From Lytechinus pictus (taxonomy: Eukaryota): 64,000 nucleotides of DNA. The position numbers were made by a program, and so were the translations under genes. The notes beneath the pieces were generated by a model. It saw only the letters and a list, made by a program, of their open reading frames with translations, ran no database searches and was not told the origin of the DNA. The stretch is taken from NCBI RefSeq assembly GCF_037042905.1, contig NC_087246.1, positions 2,854,001 through 2,918,000 on the forward strand, written 5' to 3'. Below, piece after piece: positions 1-13,624 of this stretch (positions within the stretch are counted from its first letter, which is position 1; every line of letters begins with the position of its first letter).

Positions 1-28
1 TTGTTCCACTTTATATGTTTGTCATTTT

Positions 29-67
29 GCCTCCGACGAAGATTCTGCTAGGATCGAAAGCTTAGGC
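29..67 (+). ncRNA. Minimal type I hammerhead ribozyme-like motif (Penelope-like element end)
   Basis: GCCT-CCGACGA-A-GATTCT/gct/AGGATC-GAAA-GC-TT-AGGC gives stem I, core, stem II, GAAA, a palindromic (AAGCTT) minimal stem III and UH. Confidence 0.6.
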
Positions 68-99
68 CCCTTTTTGACTTTCTATAATAATAAAATATC

Positions 100-960
100 A
101 GCTCGCGCTTCGCGCTCGCATCATTTATTAAGTGCTTTCCACATCCACTTCACAATTCCCCTATTTACACAGTGCTTTATATATTGCTTAAATTGACCCT
201 TTTCAAATATTATTTCCAGCTCGCGATCCGCGCTCGCATTATTGATTTTCATGATGAAAAATGAAATGTATTCAGAATTATTATTATTATTATTTTATTA
301 TTTTTGTTTTGGCGTCACCTGTGCCTGGGAAGCGAAAAGCGAACTGAATCACTATGACCCGCAGGTCTCTCCTCCCGATATAACTGATTGGGGGGAATGC
401 AGGTGGACCACTACACCGGGGTTTCCCCCTACTCTTATACGAATAGTGCAGTGGGTTCTTAACGTGCAAAGAATGCCCAGATTCTGTCTAACTCTAAAAC
501 ACGTGCACGCATGTTTATTGAGATACGCAAATTAAAAACGTGCTAAAATTATCCAGTTTCAGATCAGAATATCAAAAATTTTCTGCTCGCGCTTTGCGCT
601 CACATTATTTATGTAGGAAGATACCAAAAACTACCCATCATTTTTCATAAGTGACAAAACATGAATCGAGTGTCCCGATGGGGGTTTGAAATCTATTTTT
701 TTAGGCTGGAATATCAATAATGTTCAGCTCGCGCTTCGCGCTCGCATTATTTAATCGTTGAAATATGTATCGTCTTAATGGCTAACTGCAAAACTTCCTT
801 CACAGATCCCTTTTCGACCAGGCGTTACATACGCATCTTGTTTGGGTTCACAAACATTGCCCAGAATGTTAAATTTTCAGGTCAAAATGCATGAAATTTA
901 ATCTTTTTTTTTATCTCGCATAGGGCGTATGAGATTATTGCACATTAATGTTATTTATAA
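100..960. repeat. Degenerate array with recurring GCTCGCGCTTCGCGCTCGC motif
   Basis: The motif recurs at about 100, 218, 585 and 727. The block is homologous to 6050-7780. Confidence 0.7.
277..467 (-). mobile_element. SINE-like fragment with (ATT)n tail
   Basis: A GC-richer block interrupts the array and is bounded by (tta)n at 277-300. It resembles marine invertebrate SINE cores (from memory). Confidence 0.4.
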
Positions 961-1525
961 AGTAAAGCTAGGAAATGACTGTTAGGACATGGGCGTTTTG
1001 CCCCCCCCCCCCCCAAAAAAAAAAAAAAAAAAAAAAATCACGACCAAGAAAAAAAAGAGAGAAAAGGAAAGGGATTATGGTGAAATATAATATTATTTTC
1101 CAATTATGTCAAATATTTCGCGTTATCATTATTTATTTAGGCCTTGTGAGATACCTCAATGTGTTTTTAAGAATAAAATTTCGGAATTTCTTTAACTTCT
1201 ACCCCCCCCCCATTTTATTTATTTTTTCTTGGTGCCCTCTACAAAAGTTCAACAAGCCCCCCCCCCCCCCCCCCCGTGCAACCCTGCTGAATAAATTACA
1301 GCTTCGCCACTGATGAGGAGATTGATGAGTCGATTGCTTCGAGATTGCATTATTCCCAAGAGGTTATCATTGATATTATTGAAGGCTATTCTAAACAACT
1401 AGTAAAGAAACTACAGCTCCCGTTCACACAATATTCTAGTAGGGCCTACTCTGGTGGAAAGTTAAACCAAGTTGAGACCCCCAAAAATCTCTCGCGCTTC
1501 GCGCACCCATTGATATTACATTATA

Positions 1526-2331
1526 CAGTGCGTCCAAGAAAAAACGAAACTGAGATTTAGCGATGATTTATCATAACTTAATCACAAATGAAATATACAA
1601 ATGACCTACCAATGTAAAGCTTAGAATCTTCTCTTTCATCTGATATTATTTAGATTATTTCTCCTTCACGCATGAGTGAGCAAAAACAATTTGAAGAGGG
1701 GATACCAAAAAGTAATTTGGCGGGTTGTATCTAGCTTTCAAAAGGAAAACCACATTTTTAAAACGTTTAATATGTGCTCTTTAATTTGATACCTCAATTA
1801 CAGAAAATGGTCAAGAAATAAAAAAGTTCTGGTTATTTGAAATAAGGCTTGAATTTCAATAATTTCATGAAATGAAGAGGTTTTACAGGCTAGCGTTCAA
1901 ACTCACTCGACACTCCGTTTTGTTTACGATCAGCCATGCATTAAGTCTTTTGTTAACCATGCGATAGCTTCTGTGGGAAACCGGTGAAATTATGGAAATT
2001 CAAGCCTTATTTCAAATAACCATATTAAACTTTGTTATTTCTTGACCATTTTCTGTAATTGAGGTATCAAATTAAAGAGCACATATTGAACTTTTAAGAC
2101 ATGTGATTTTCTTTTTGAAATTCATATACCCCCGCCAAATGAGTTTTTGGTATCCTTCCTTCAAATTGTTTTTGCTCACTCATGCGTGAATGAGGAATAA
2201 TCTAAGTAATATCAGATGAAAGAGGAGATTCTAAGCTTTACATTGGTAGGTCAATTTTGTCTATTTTATTTTTGATTAAGTTATGATAAATCATCGCTAA
2301 ATCTCGGTTTCGTTTTTTCTGGGACGCACTG
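1526..2331. mobile_element. Tc1/mariner-type foldback MITE
   Basis: TA|CAGTGCGTCC...GGACGCACTG|TA with about 340-bp inverted arms. Confidence 0.85.
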
Positions 2332-2569
2332 TATATTCATGGATTTTTTTTTCAAGAACACGTTAAAAAAGTGGTCTTTAATTGCCTTTTTTTAAATGTG
2401 ATTATGTAATAAGATAATTCAAAATACATTTAAGGCATTTAAGTTACATTTAAGCATCGGCGGAAATCCCAGGGGGGACGTGTCCCCCCTGCTCAAAATA
2501 GTAGGGGGGACACAATATCAAATGTCCCTCCTACTATTTTTTTGTCTTTTATGACGGTAAGAAATACAT

Positions 2570-3808
2570 CCCACTGGGCATTTTACCTGACATTACCCGG
2601 GTTGTAACAGGTAATAACATGGATATTACTACGGTAACAACAGTGGGTAATAACAGGGAAATAGTAGACCAATCCTTCCCTCTTATTACCTGGACCTGAT
2701 ATTACTCCATTTACCCAATATTTCTCAGTATGATGTAACTACTATTTCCAGCATTTTAATGATATCACCACCTCATATTACTCTGTTTACCCAATATTAC
2801 CCAATTAATGTCGGCTCATTAAAAAAACAATTAGTGTCATTAGGGTCATTGAAGCACATTTTTACAACTCCATACTCTATGCCATATCATCTTATCCTAT
2901 CCTAAAATCCTACATCCTAATCCTAATCCTATCCTACACCTATCCACCAAACCCTGTCATTTACTTCTATATATTGAGCGAGTTTACAACACTTGACAAA
3001 TTATGGTTAACAATTATTCAACCCTAAAACATTTTTCTAAAATTAATGTCATGATTATGACTAATATGATATATAAACTACACATTTTTCTGAAAATTTT
3101 CTGGGTGGAATAATTGCATAAACATAAACACATTCATTATTACAGCTATATTAGCTAAAATTTTGGCCATTTATTGTAGTAATGAATATTCATGAGTAAC
3201 TAATATTCCCAGCATTTTCCTGATATTACCATCTGATATTACTCCATTTACCCAATATTAATGGGTTCCGCATGGGTTGGAGGTCTCGTTTCCATCTGAG
3301 TCCTATCTGGGCACCATGTGGGTTCAAGTATATGTTTTCATCTGGGTTCCATGTGGGCCCATATGGGACCCAGATATCCCAGATAAGAACCGTATGTGAT
3401 CCAGATACTTTGCTTTCTGGGAATGGAAGCGTTTCAACATTACCCATTACCCCTTATCAACCTGTTTGTAACTGGGTAAAATGTTGGTTTCATCAGGGTG
3501 ATAACAGTAATTTTTTGGACTTTGAAAATTTCGCTGGGATTGCTGTAAGATTGCTCTTATTACTAAAGTTTGCAATGTTATAACCAATCAAAGTCATTCA
3601 ACATTACCCTTATTACCCCTCATCACCCTGCTGTAACTAGCTAAATGTAGGTTTCATCAGGGTGATAACAGTAACAGGTATCAACAGGAATTATAATTTC
3701 GGTAATAACATGGTAATAACGGTAATATTTGGTGTTATTCAAATTTCCGGGTGATATTACCGGTAATAACCGGTAAAATTGGTAATCGGTAACAAATTGC
3801 CCAGTGGG
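2570..3808. mobile_element. EnSpm/CACTA-like non-autonomous element
   Basis: CCCACTGGGCA...TGCCCAGTGGG TIRs, 2-bp AT TSD, many subterminal GGTAAT/ATTACC repeats. Confidence 0.7.
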
Positions 3809-4183
3809 ATCATTCTAAATCGAAATAAAACATGTATTTGGGACGAGATGACCTTACTTTGGCGATGATAACCTTTTTTTTGCTTGTCAAATTTTCCCGC
3901 CCCTTGTACCACTAGGCGGATCGAGGGGTCCGCCCCCCCCCCCCCCCTCTTGGCGGAGCAAAAAAGAAAAAAGGGAAAGAAAGAAGGAAAAAGGAGGGAA
4001 AAGAGAGGAGAAAAAGAAAAGAAGGACGACGAGAGCATAAACTAAGATGAGGGGAAGACTTGGAAAATAAAAAGAATCTTTCGTGCCACAATATAAAATT
4101 TTCGCTCGCGCTCGCATTGCCTGTTAGGTGATTTTCATATCTTGTTCAATATGGAGTTCGAATATCAAGTTTGGAAGTCAATA

Positions 4184-6038
4184 CAAAATGACATTATCAA
4201 AGGTATTCCAATCCAAAATGAAGAAGTGAAAATTTCATTGATGGCGGATGATTCAACTTGTTTTTTTGGATGGTTCCTTGGAATCTTTTAATATAACATT
4301 TCAAGTGCTTGATAAATTTGCTAGTAGTTCAGGGTGTAGGCTTAACTTATCTAAGTCAGAAGCTATCTGGATAGGAAGGGAAAAAGGTTGTCAAGATTTC
4401 CCATTTGCTGAAAGAGGTCTAACATGGAGAGATAATTCTTTCAAAACATTGGGTATTCAATTCTCGTTGAATTTTAATTCACTGTATAGCCTTAACTATG
4501 TTCCTAAACTGAGGCAGATAGAGAATATATTGAATTGTTGGCGCTCAAGAAATTTGTCTTTTGTTGGAAAAATCTGTGTTATTAAAACTTTATTAATGCC
4601 TCAGTTGCTGTATTTACTATCTGTTTTGTGTATTAAAATTCCAAGCAAAATTTTTAAAGATCTAAATACTTTATTTTACAGATTTATTTGGAATGGAGGC
4701 AAGGACAGAGTAAAGAGGAAATATTTTTGTAATGACTTTTCTGCCTGTGGGCTCAAGATGGTTGATCCCTATACATTTTCATTGGCTCAGAAAATGATTT
4801 GGGTAAAATTTTTGTTAAATGATAATTACAATAGTGGATGGAAATTAATTGAAGTTTCCTTTTTAGACAAATTTAATGCAATGTGGGACATTTTGTGGAA
4901 GGCCCATGCACCTGAACAAATTTTGAATAATTTAAATTGTTCCCTACTTGCAGACTCAATCCGGACCTGGTACTTGTTTAGAGATAAAGCTTCCAGAAAA
5001 GAGTTTGGTTATGATTATTTGTATTTGGGTTATTCACATTGTATTTGGTTTAATAGAAATGACAGATCCAAATCTAAACAATTTTTCTTTTATGAAAATT
5101 GGTTTAATAAGGGCATAGTTTTTATAAGTGACCTCTTTAATCCACCCCATCCAGGTTACAAGTTATTTGAAGAGTTAGTTCTCGACTTTGAAATTTCAGC
5201 AAAAGATAGAAGAAAATATAATTTTCTATTACAAAATATTCCTGGTCCATGGTTAAATTGGCATAATAATCCAGATTTAGATATCCATTCCGAAGTTGTA
5301 GATAAATTATTAGAGAAAAGGAAAGTTAGCAGTTATGCATACTCGATATTTTTCGATCAATGTCTCCCAGATAATTGTATTTCCTTTTGGGAAGAGTCGT
5401 GCCCTTCTAACGACAAAGTAGATGGGAGAAAATACATATGCTGAATTTTAAGAGTACTATTGATAGCCGCCTCAGATCATTTTATTTCAAGGTGTTTCAT
5501 AAGACAATTGCCCTTAATGCATTTTTATTTAAAATCAAGAGAAAAGATTCCCCAAACTGTTCATTCTGTAAAAGAGACCCTGAAACAATTGTACATATAT
5601 TTTGTGATTGTCCGGTGGTTAACATTGTATGGGATGATCTTTTATCTATAATAAACCAAAAACAACATTCGAATATTATCCTTTCCCCCTTTGTAAAGGT
5701 TTTTGGTATTCAAGGTAATAATTTTCTAACATTCATTTTCCTTGCTTTCAAATACTATGTTCACTTTTGTAAATTTAATAACAAAAACCCCAATATTGTG
5801 GAATTCAAAGCTCGTATCAAAGGTATTAAGGATATTGAATATATTTTGGCGAAGAAAAATGGTAAATTACCTGTACATTTTAAAAAGTGGAGATTTGATA
5901 TCTAATTTGTTTTATGTATCTGTCTTGACAAGTATATACCTACATGTACGTAAGTGCTGCTCTGTTTAATCATGTAAATAGCTTGTTGATTTGTACTGTG
6001 ATTTATTTTTTGATCAATAAAGATTGAAAGAAAAAAAA
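4184..6038 (+). mobile_element. 5'-truncated Tx1/L1-clade LINE (3' part of ORF2, frameshifted)
   Basis: RT motif ISLMADDST at about 4233-4259. ORFs 4248-5444 (LNLSKSE, KTLGI, FIWNG) and 5438-5905 (CSFC...HIFCDC zinc knuckle). AATAAA at 6016 and a poly-A tail. 17-bp TSD AAGTTTGGAAGTCAATA (4167-4183, 6039-6055). Confidence 0.92.
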
Positions 6039-6055
6039 AAGTTTGGAAGTCAATA

Positions 6056-7780
6056 TACATATACAATATACATGAAACATATTTCACCTCGGAAATCGAA
6101 CTTTCATTATTTTGTGTAATTTACAAATTGGTTTTTAAAAAGTGCTCTGTAAAAATGTTAGTTTTATGGTCTGAATGTTAACATTTGCTGCTTGCGCTGC
6201 GCGCTCGCAAATTTTGATTTATCAGGTACTAATTATTTTCGTGTATTCCATAAAGTTTTCAGGTCTGATTGTCAAGACGTATCAGCTAGCGCGCTGCACG
6301 CTCGCATTTTGATTGGCGAGTTATATAAATGTTTCAATATTGATTATACAACAAACTACTTAAAATCCCATTTTCATGACAGTTTATCAAAAATTTAAGC
6401 TCGCGATTTGCGCTCGCATTAATGGTTAAAAATATATTACCTGATGCATCCTATTCATAATCACAAAAGTGAAATGTCCAGTTTTTATGCCATGATATCA
6501 TCAGATTTCGCGCCCTCATTAGGCATTAATAAATATATTAATTTAATAATTAAATTGTCCCTTTTGTTTCATCTCGCGCTTAGCAAGAGGAATAGGAGGA
6601 TAGTCATCATTTTAATATGATGACATGTCGTAAGGATGTCCCGGCCCTATTTCACAACTCAAAGTAATAATAATATCAGCTCTTTTTTAAGTGCGATCCA
6701 TATCCACCTTACAATTTTTCTACAAAGTGCATGAAATATAAAGCTGAAATTGACTCTTTTTTTAAATCGGAATATCAAAGTTTCATGATTTTCATGATTA
6801 AAGTTGTATTTAGAATGCCTACATTCTAGGTCTAAATATGAAACACGCTCGCGCATGTTTATTCAGATACTCAACTTGTTCTCTAATTTAAATCATTATC
6901 CAGTTTCAGATGCACAATATCAAAAATTTTCTGCTCGCGCTTTGTGCTCGCATTATTAATGTAGGAAGACCCCATATTACTCATCCTTTTGATGATTTGC
7001 AAAACATGAACAGAGTGGCCCATTTTTAGGTCTAAATCTCGAGAAAAAAAAATCTGTTCGCGCTTCGCGCTCGCATCAATCGATAAATTATATAGCTATC
7101 CTGTTCACGATTACAAAAACTGATTAAAATTTTCCATTCTTTCTTTAGAAAGTTCAAACATTTTCAGCTCGCATTTTTTCATTGTTGAAATATGTAACGC
7201 CTTCATGGCTAAGTGCAAGCAGTCCTTAACAGGTACCCTTTCAACAGGTACCAGTTCAAAACGTATATAAACATTTTCTGCTCGCGCTTTGCGCTCGCAT
7301 TATTAATACTCATCCTTTTCAGGATTTACAAAACATGAATAGAGTGTTTCGTTCAGTAAATATTATAGGACTAAATCTCGAAATTTTCCGCTCGCGCTTC
7401 GCGCTCGCATTAATTGTTTACTTATATACCTATTCTGCTTGAGTTACAAAAAGTGCTTAGAATTTCCATTCTTTAGGTGAAAATATAAAAAGAATTCAGC
7501 TCGCGCTTCGCGCTCACATTATTTGATTTTTAAATGCTACTTTAACAGGTATCTTTTCCATCAGTTCATTTCTGCTCGCGCTTTGCGTTTGTAGTAATTA
7601 TTAAGTTGTATACGCATCTTTTTCAGGATAACAAACATTGCCCAGAATCAGTTCAAATTTTGGGAAAAATACATAAAATTGCCAAAAAAATTAGCTCGCG
7701 CTTCGCGCTCGCATCATATAAATAAGGATTATGATATTATATATTAATTTATAAGAATAAAGCTAAGAAGTGACTAATGA
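6056..7780. repeat. Degenerate array with recurring GCTCGCGCTTCGCGCTCGC motif, inside a hAT-like element ending GGATCCGCCCCTG at 7897
   Basis: At least 10 motif copies, many about 100-125 bp apart. Confidence 0.75.
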
Positions 7781-7949
7781 GGACTACCCCTTCAAAGAAA
7801 CAAACAAAAATCATCTTCGAGCTGCCGATCGGGGAAAATATGGCTGACACAAATTCCCCCCCCCCCCCCCTATTGGCGAAGGCTGGATCCGCCCCTGTGT
7901 CCCCCCTACCTTTTGGGAGAGATTTCCGCCTCTGCATTTAAGTTAGCCT

Positions 7950-10900
7950 GGCCGGGAGGGAGGGGGCGCCATTTTTCGAAAAGTACACATGGGCGCCAAA
8001 AATCAGGTCAAATTTGGGCCCCCCCCCCCCCCTCCCCACGAAATCTTGGATCCGCGCCTGACCAGGCACGACCATGCGGTTTCGGAAAGCACCCTTAACA
8101 AGGGAAGCAAGGCCTTTCCAGATTATGAAAATGCATCTCTTAACAAGTATTAAGCTTGTAAAACCCTACAAGTATTGAAAACATATCCTCCTTTTCAGTA
8201 TTTTAAACATCGTTTTTTTACACCCTTATAACGTTACATAGGCCTATGCGTAACGTACTTGCCCACTCTTTCCCTTTTTACGCGTGGTCGCGCATGGTAT
8301 CCACTCTTCAATGGAAGTGGGCCCCCGGGCGGCCTCTCGAGCTCTGGGAGGAACCAAATGTGGCTTTGGAAAGTCGTCCTAAATCGGATATATCGCTGTT
8401 ACCATAGTAGCAACCAGAATTTTGCACACGAAACGCAGATTGAATGTTTCCGTTCCAGATGCGAAAAAAAAAAAAATCTCATGTCACACAATTTGCATTG
8501 CAGGACAGAGTTTTACGACCATGACGACGGGCCCAAAAGTCTCTACCCTACTTTTTACAGTGGCGTATCAGGCTAGGGAGGGGCAAGGGGGCAGGTGCCC
8601 CGGGCGCTACTTTCAGGGGGCGCAAATAAAGAAAAGGAAAACAAAAATGAGCAGAACTAGGCAAAACAAAAAATTGTATACAGAAAAGGCAATCTTGCAA
8701 GGCGAAGAAAAAGAATACCACTCAAGGTGATATACCACCGTCCTATGCTCTTACCATTGTAATGCAATTTCCAACTCATTATTTTAGAAAATGAATCTTG
8801 CATGTTTTTTACTCAAGAAATCAAGGGTGAATATTCGTGCCAACTTTTGATTAATGATATAGGGTCTACTTATTCTATTCAAGAATTCCAACAAAAATTC
8901 CTCGGCTTAAAATATTTCTTTTTCAAACGCATATCATAACTTTTCATCTCTAGGTTTTGCCCCCCCCCCCCCTGTGAAAAATCCCAGGTACGCCACTGCC
9001 CAGATGGCTTTTCTAAATTCTAAATGCGAAATCAACTAGGTCCCACATGGTGTGAATGCATGTGGTCTCGGGAGCGGTGGAACGTATTCGTCGGGGGAGC
9101 CAAAAAAGGACACTTACGTGTCAAAATGGGCATTTTAATTGAATTGTGCAAACATGCATTTTCCACATTAGATTGCGTTTCTGCGTGAAGTAGTTGTGCG
9201 TTTCGGGGTAATTTGCTTGAGGAAAACCTTTTTGAAGATATTTCTGATTGATTAAATATATATTTAGTTCGAGTTTCGGGAGCGAGCGGTTTTTTAATTT
9301 TGAAATTGAAAGATATAAAACTCGCTTTGTGGTCAAATTAATTTGGCCCTAATTACTGTTATATAGGGCATCATGGGCGGCGGAGCGAAGTTGAAAGTGG
9401 GGGGCACAGGGAAAAGGGCACTATCTTAAAACAAATGAAAAATCACTTATCTACAGTGGCGTAATGGGGCAAATTTTGAGGGGGCTAGATATGTCATATC
9501 ACGTAAATTAATAAGAAGCTGTGAGCGAGCGGAGCGAGCGAGCAAATATTTTGACGTTTTTATTAAAAAATCAAATTTTGTGATAGATTTTGACAACTAA
9601 TATTAAACAAATATCATATTTCACCCTGCTTCTCTCTTTCCTTGTCTCTTTTTTTTCCTGGTCGTGAAAATTTTGAGGAGGGGGCAAGAGAAAGGGCACT
9701 TACAAGAGGGCAAGGGGACACTGATCACAAATAAAATGGGTCCTTCTCAGGTGAAAGGGACACAGTACAATTTCGGGAGGGGGGCATTTTTATTGCGTAA
9801 AAAAGGGCACTTTTCAGTGCTTCAGAAAGTAGGGGAGGGGCACTGTGCCCCCCTCCAGGATCGCCGCCCCTGTAGGGCATCCTTTCCCTTGAAGTTTTTT
9901 TTTTTTAATAGTGACCGTGGCGACACTTTTTATCGCTTTAAGAGAACATAAATTATGCAAAGGCGGGATGTAGCTTTTGCGAAAGCTTTTGCCGATGGGG
10001 GGGGGGGAGCAGGCAGGGGAAAAATTATCCACAATATCCCCGATCGGCCACTTAAAGTTGATTTTGGTTGTTGGTTTTTACAGGGGTAGTCCCAACGCCT
10101 AAACTAAAGACTTTAGTTTTAAAGTACATCTTAGTTTCATTCTTTAAAAAAAAGGCCTGTGTCAACATAGGCGTATAAGATAAAATTTTTTCTTCATATT
10201 TTCATGTATAGGCCTTTATATTTAGACATAAAAATCAAAATTTCAGAGAGGTTTTTATTATTACGAAAAAGGCCTGAAAAGGCATCTGTTGATGGCTTCT
10301 GTTGGCATTTTGGAGGGGGCGGTAAATGCACGCGAAGCGTGCCAACACTTACAGAGCGCGCTCCCTATGGGGTGGGTGCAGGTAGAGGGAGTTTCCCCCT
10401 CCCGTTGCGAAGCGCGAAGCTTTCGGTGTTTCATAAATTTAAATGAAAAGGAGCCGTTTCTCTTGTCTCTAGTACCTATATCAGCCCCAATTCATTTGAC
10501 GATATTGTGATTTTGAACCTTGTTTTCAAAAGTGATTGTGAACGCACAAAAAAGGGATAAAATGGAGGAAATTAAAATAATATTAACCCCCCGCGAAGCG
10601 CGGAAGCTGAAGGGTTTTATTTTTTTTTTTTGCAAAGAAAAGGGTCCCGAGAAAGGGTATTCTCTAAGTTATATTGAATTCTTCCCTTGGAAAGATCAGA
10701 TTTGATTACAAACAATTTAGCGACAGTGCACAATAGGAGAAGATGATATATATGCCGGGAGGAAGACATTCCTCCCCGCGCAGAGCAATGAAACTCTGAA
10801 CTTTCAAAGGGCGGACGTTTCATCAAATGCAGATATCTCTATACCCCCATCGGCTTAATTTAATTGTTTTTCCCCGAAGATTATTGAATTTCATTACAAG

Positions 10901-12070
10901 GAAAAGAGTGTGCAAAAAGTTGAAACTTCTGTGATTTATTGAAATTATATAACAGATGATGTATAATTTCTTTGACTTATCCTGATGCGCTTTATTTTGA
11001 ATGATAAAGAAATTTAAGTGTCATTCAAAATTTCAAACTGAGGGCGCAAAACAGGACAGGAAATAAATGTGCAGGGAAATTACATGAAGTTTAGTAGAAT
11101 TTGATTTAAAAAAATACTGTACTTTTTTATTTAATACGACACGAATTTTGTACCTTCCTCTATTTGAATTAGGAACCTGTTTGCCCCCAAATTACACTTG
11201 TATGTTGTTTAGTAATGAGCTGAAAAGCGGGAGAAGTTGCCTATGGACATGATGGAGGTGACGGCAGAATTAAATTGATATAAAGATTTTACCCGCCCGG
11301 AGCCGACCCGACCGCGATCAATAAAAAAAAAATAACTTCATCAGGCTATCCTTACTCTAATTTCATGCCCTATAATGTATATATTTGAACTTAAACTGGC
11401 AAGAAACACATATACCTGAGGTGGAAAACAGGGTTAGAGAAATGGTTAGGGAAACAAAGGAGAACTGCAATATTGCCATTTAACCGCGCGCAGCGCGGAA
11501 GCAAAATTCATATATATAAATTTAAAGCAAGAGTGAAGGAGTTTCTTTTTTGAGAAAAAATAATAAAAAGAAAAACCAACAAAGCTAGTTTCATCCATTT
11601 CCTTCCTTCGCTTTTCCTTTATTTTCTCCTCTCTTTTTTCTCTTCTTTTTTTTCTTTTTGGGGACGTTTTGCGACCGCCCCCACCGCCCTCCCTGGCTAC
11701 GCGCCTGTCTGTTGGTGACACATAAATGAATGTTCACCTACCGAAAAATGCTAACGAGAAGCACGAGCTGAAAATTTATTGTTGATATTCCGACCTAAAA
11801 CTGGTCATTCTAAGCACTTTGTGTAAACATGAAAAGGATGGGTGTCTTCTCAAACAATAACGCGAATCGTAAGTCAAAATTTTGTGTTTTATTTGTCTGT
11901 TTGTGTTACTTCAGAAAAGATATTTCATTTTGAAAAAAAGGCACATTTCATCTTGAAAAGAGGGTACTTTTCAATTTCAGTTCAAAGAAAGGCACTTTAT
12001 ATTTTGAAATAAAGGGCATTTTCCCTACGGAAATGGAAGGGGTGCCAGGACCCAGGACCCACACATGCAT
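7950..12070. repeat. Cluster of degenerate hAT-like MITEs (CAGTGGCG/CAGGGGCG-type ends, poly-G/C tracts, AAGGGCA repeats)
   Basis: For example CAGTGGCGTA at 8558 and TACGCCACTG ending 8998. Individual boundaries are not resolved. Confidence 0.5.
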
Positions 12071-12104
12071 GGGACCCATGCAGATATATCCCAGATAAAA
12101 TTTA

Positions 12105-13435
12105 CCCAGAAGGAAAAACCAGTAAGACCAGTAAGAATTTTTACTGGTTTCCAGTAGAATTTTACTGGTTTCCAGTATATTTTTACTGGGCCAGTTGATT
12201 TTTAACTGGACCAGTAAAAATAAACTGGAGACCAGTTCCAACAATTACATTCCAGTTGAAGCAATTAGTAATACCAGTTAAATTGTTTTTCATCAAACTG
12301 GTGTTTCTGGTCCAATAAATGGTTTCCAGTAGATTTTTACTGGTTTCCAGTATTATGTTTACTGGACCAGTTGATTTTTAACTGGACCAGTAAAAATCAA
12401 CTGGAGACCAGTTCAAACAATTGCATTCCAGTTGAAGCAAAGTAGTAATACCAATTAAATTGTTTTTCATCAAACTGGTGTTACTGGTCCAATAAATAAT
12501 GACTTTATTTCAAGTCAGATCATTTGACGAATTATGGAAAATGAATTTTGCAATTCAGAGAAAGTTATTATCGTTATCATTGTTATCATCATTCTTCTTA
12601 TAATTATAATTATTATTATTATGATTATTATGATCAAAATTGTTGTCATCATTCTTATTACTGTTATCATTGTTATCGATATTGTAATAATAATTATTAA
12701 TATTATCATAATTATCAAGTATTAACATTATCATTAAAATAATTATTTCCTTTAATTATGATTAAGATCAAAGCAAGATATATTCCTCTGATATAGTCAA
12801 CTGGTCTAAAGTAATTCATTGTTTGAAATTAAACTGGTCAAGACCAGTAATACCAGTAATTCTGATGATGCTGATCACGTGGTTAACCTCATTTGCATAT
12901 TTCCTATTTTAAAAAGAAAAATCAGGATTTAGAATGGAATATCCTTGCAATGGCACTCATTGTTGTTTAAAAACTTTCCAAATAAGTGTGTGAACTAATT
13001 CACAATGAAAATGTGTAATTTCATATATCACATTTAAAATAACAGCAGAAAAATGAATTTACTAACCATCTTTTCCATCACATTTCACTGACAATGGTAT
13101 ATAACAAACCAAATGCATGTAATAAATTGATCCAGTAAGACCAGTACGAGGACCAGTTCGACCAGTTTGAGGACCAGTAGAAAATACCAGTAAAAACCAG
13201 CTTGAATTGGATACCAGGATGAAGACCAGTGAGACCAGTAACAACCACCAGAAACAAGACTAGTATAAAATTCCAGTAATTCAAGACCAGTTTAATTTTT
13301 AACTGGACCAGTAAAATTTTAACTGGACCAGTATGACCAATTAGACCAGTAAACCGATGTTCCAATTTCCAGAGTTACCAGTTAAAATTATACTGGTCTT
13401 AACTGGTCCAGTGGAACTGGTTTTTCCTTCATGGG
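12105..13435. mobile_element. EnSpm-like non-autonomous element with ACTGG/CCAGT repeats and an internal (ATT/ATC)n microsatellite
   Basis: TA|CCCAGAAGGAAAAACCAGT...ACTGGTTTTTCCTTCATGGG|TA; internal ~180-bp duplication. Confidence 0.75.
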
Positions 13436-13624
13436 TAGGCCTATATGGGAAAGTGATCCATACGCCTACTAGGCCTACGGGGTAATTAACAAGAAGAAAA
13501 ACGAATGTTTATGATGCATGGCAAAAATATTCAGATTGACTGATTGCCAAATAATAATAAGAATACCCCCCCCCCCCGATATTCGACAGAGAACCCCCCC
13601 CCCCCCCCCTAATTTAGACAACGA

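Larger units (their letters stand above)
2455..7934. mobile_element. hAT-type non-autonomous element expanded by nested insertions
   Basis: CATCGGCGGAAATC...GATTTCCGCCTCTG; 8-bp TSD CATTTAAG (2447-2454, 7935-7942). Confidence 0.7.

Noticed and set aside
12515..12725. Ile-rich ORFs
   Set aside because: They come from an (ATT/ATC)n microsatellite.
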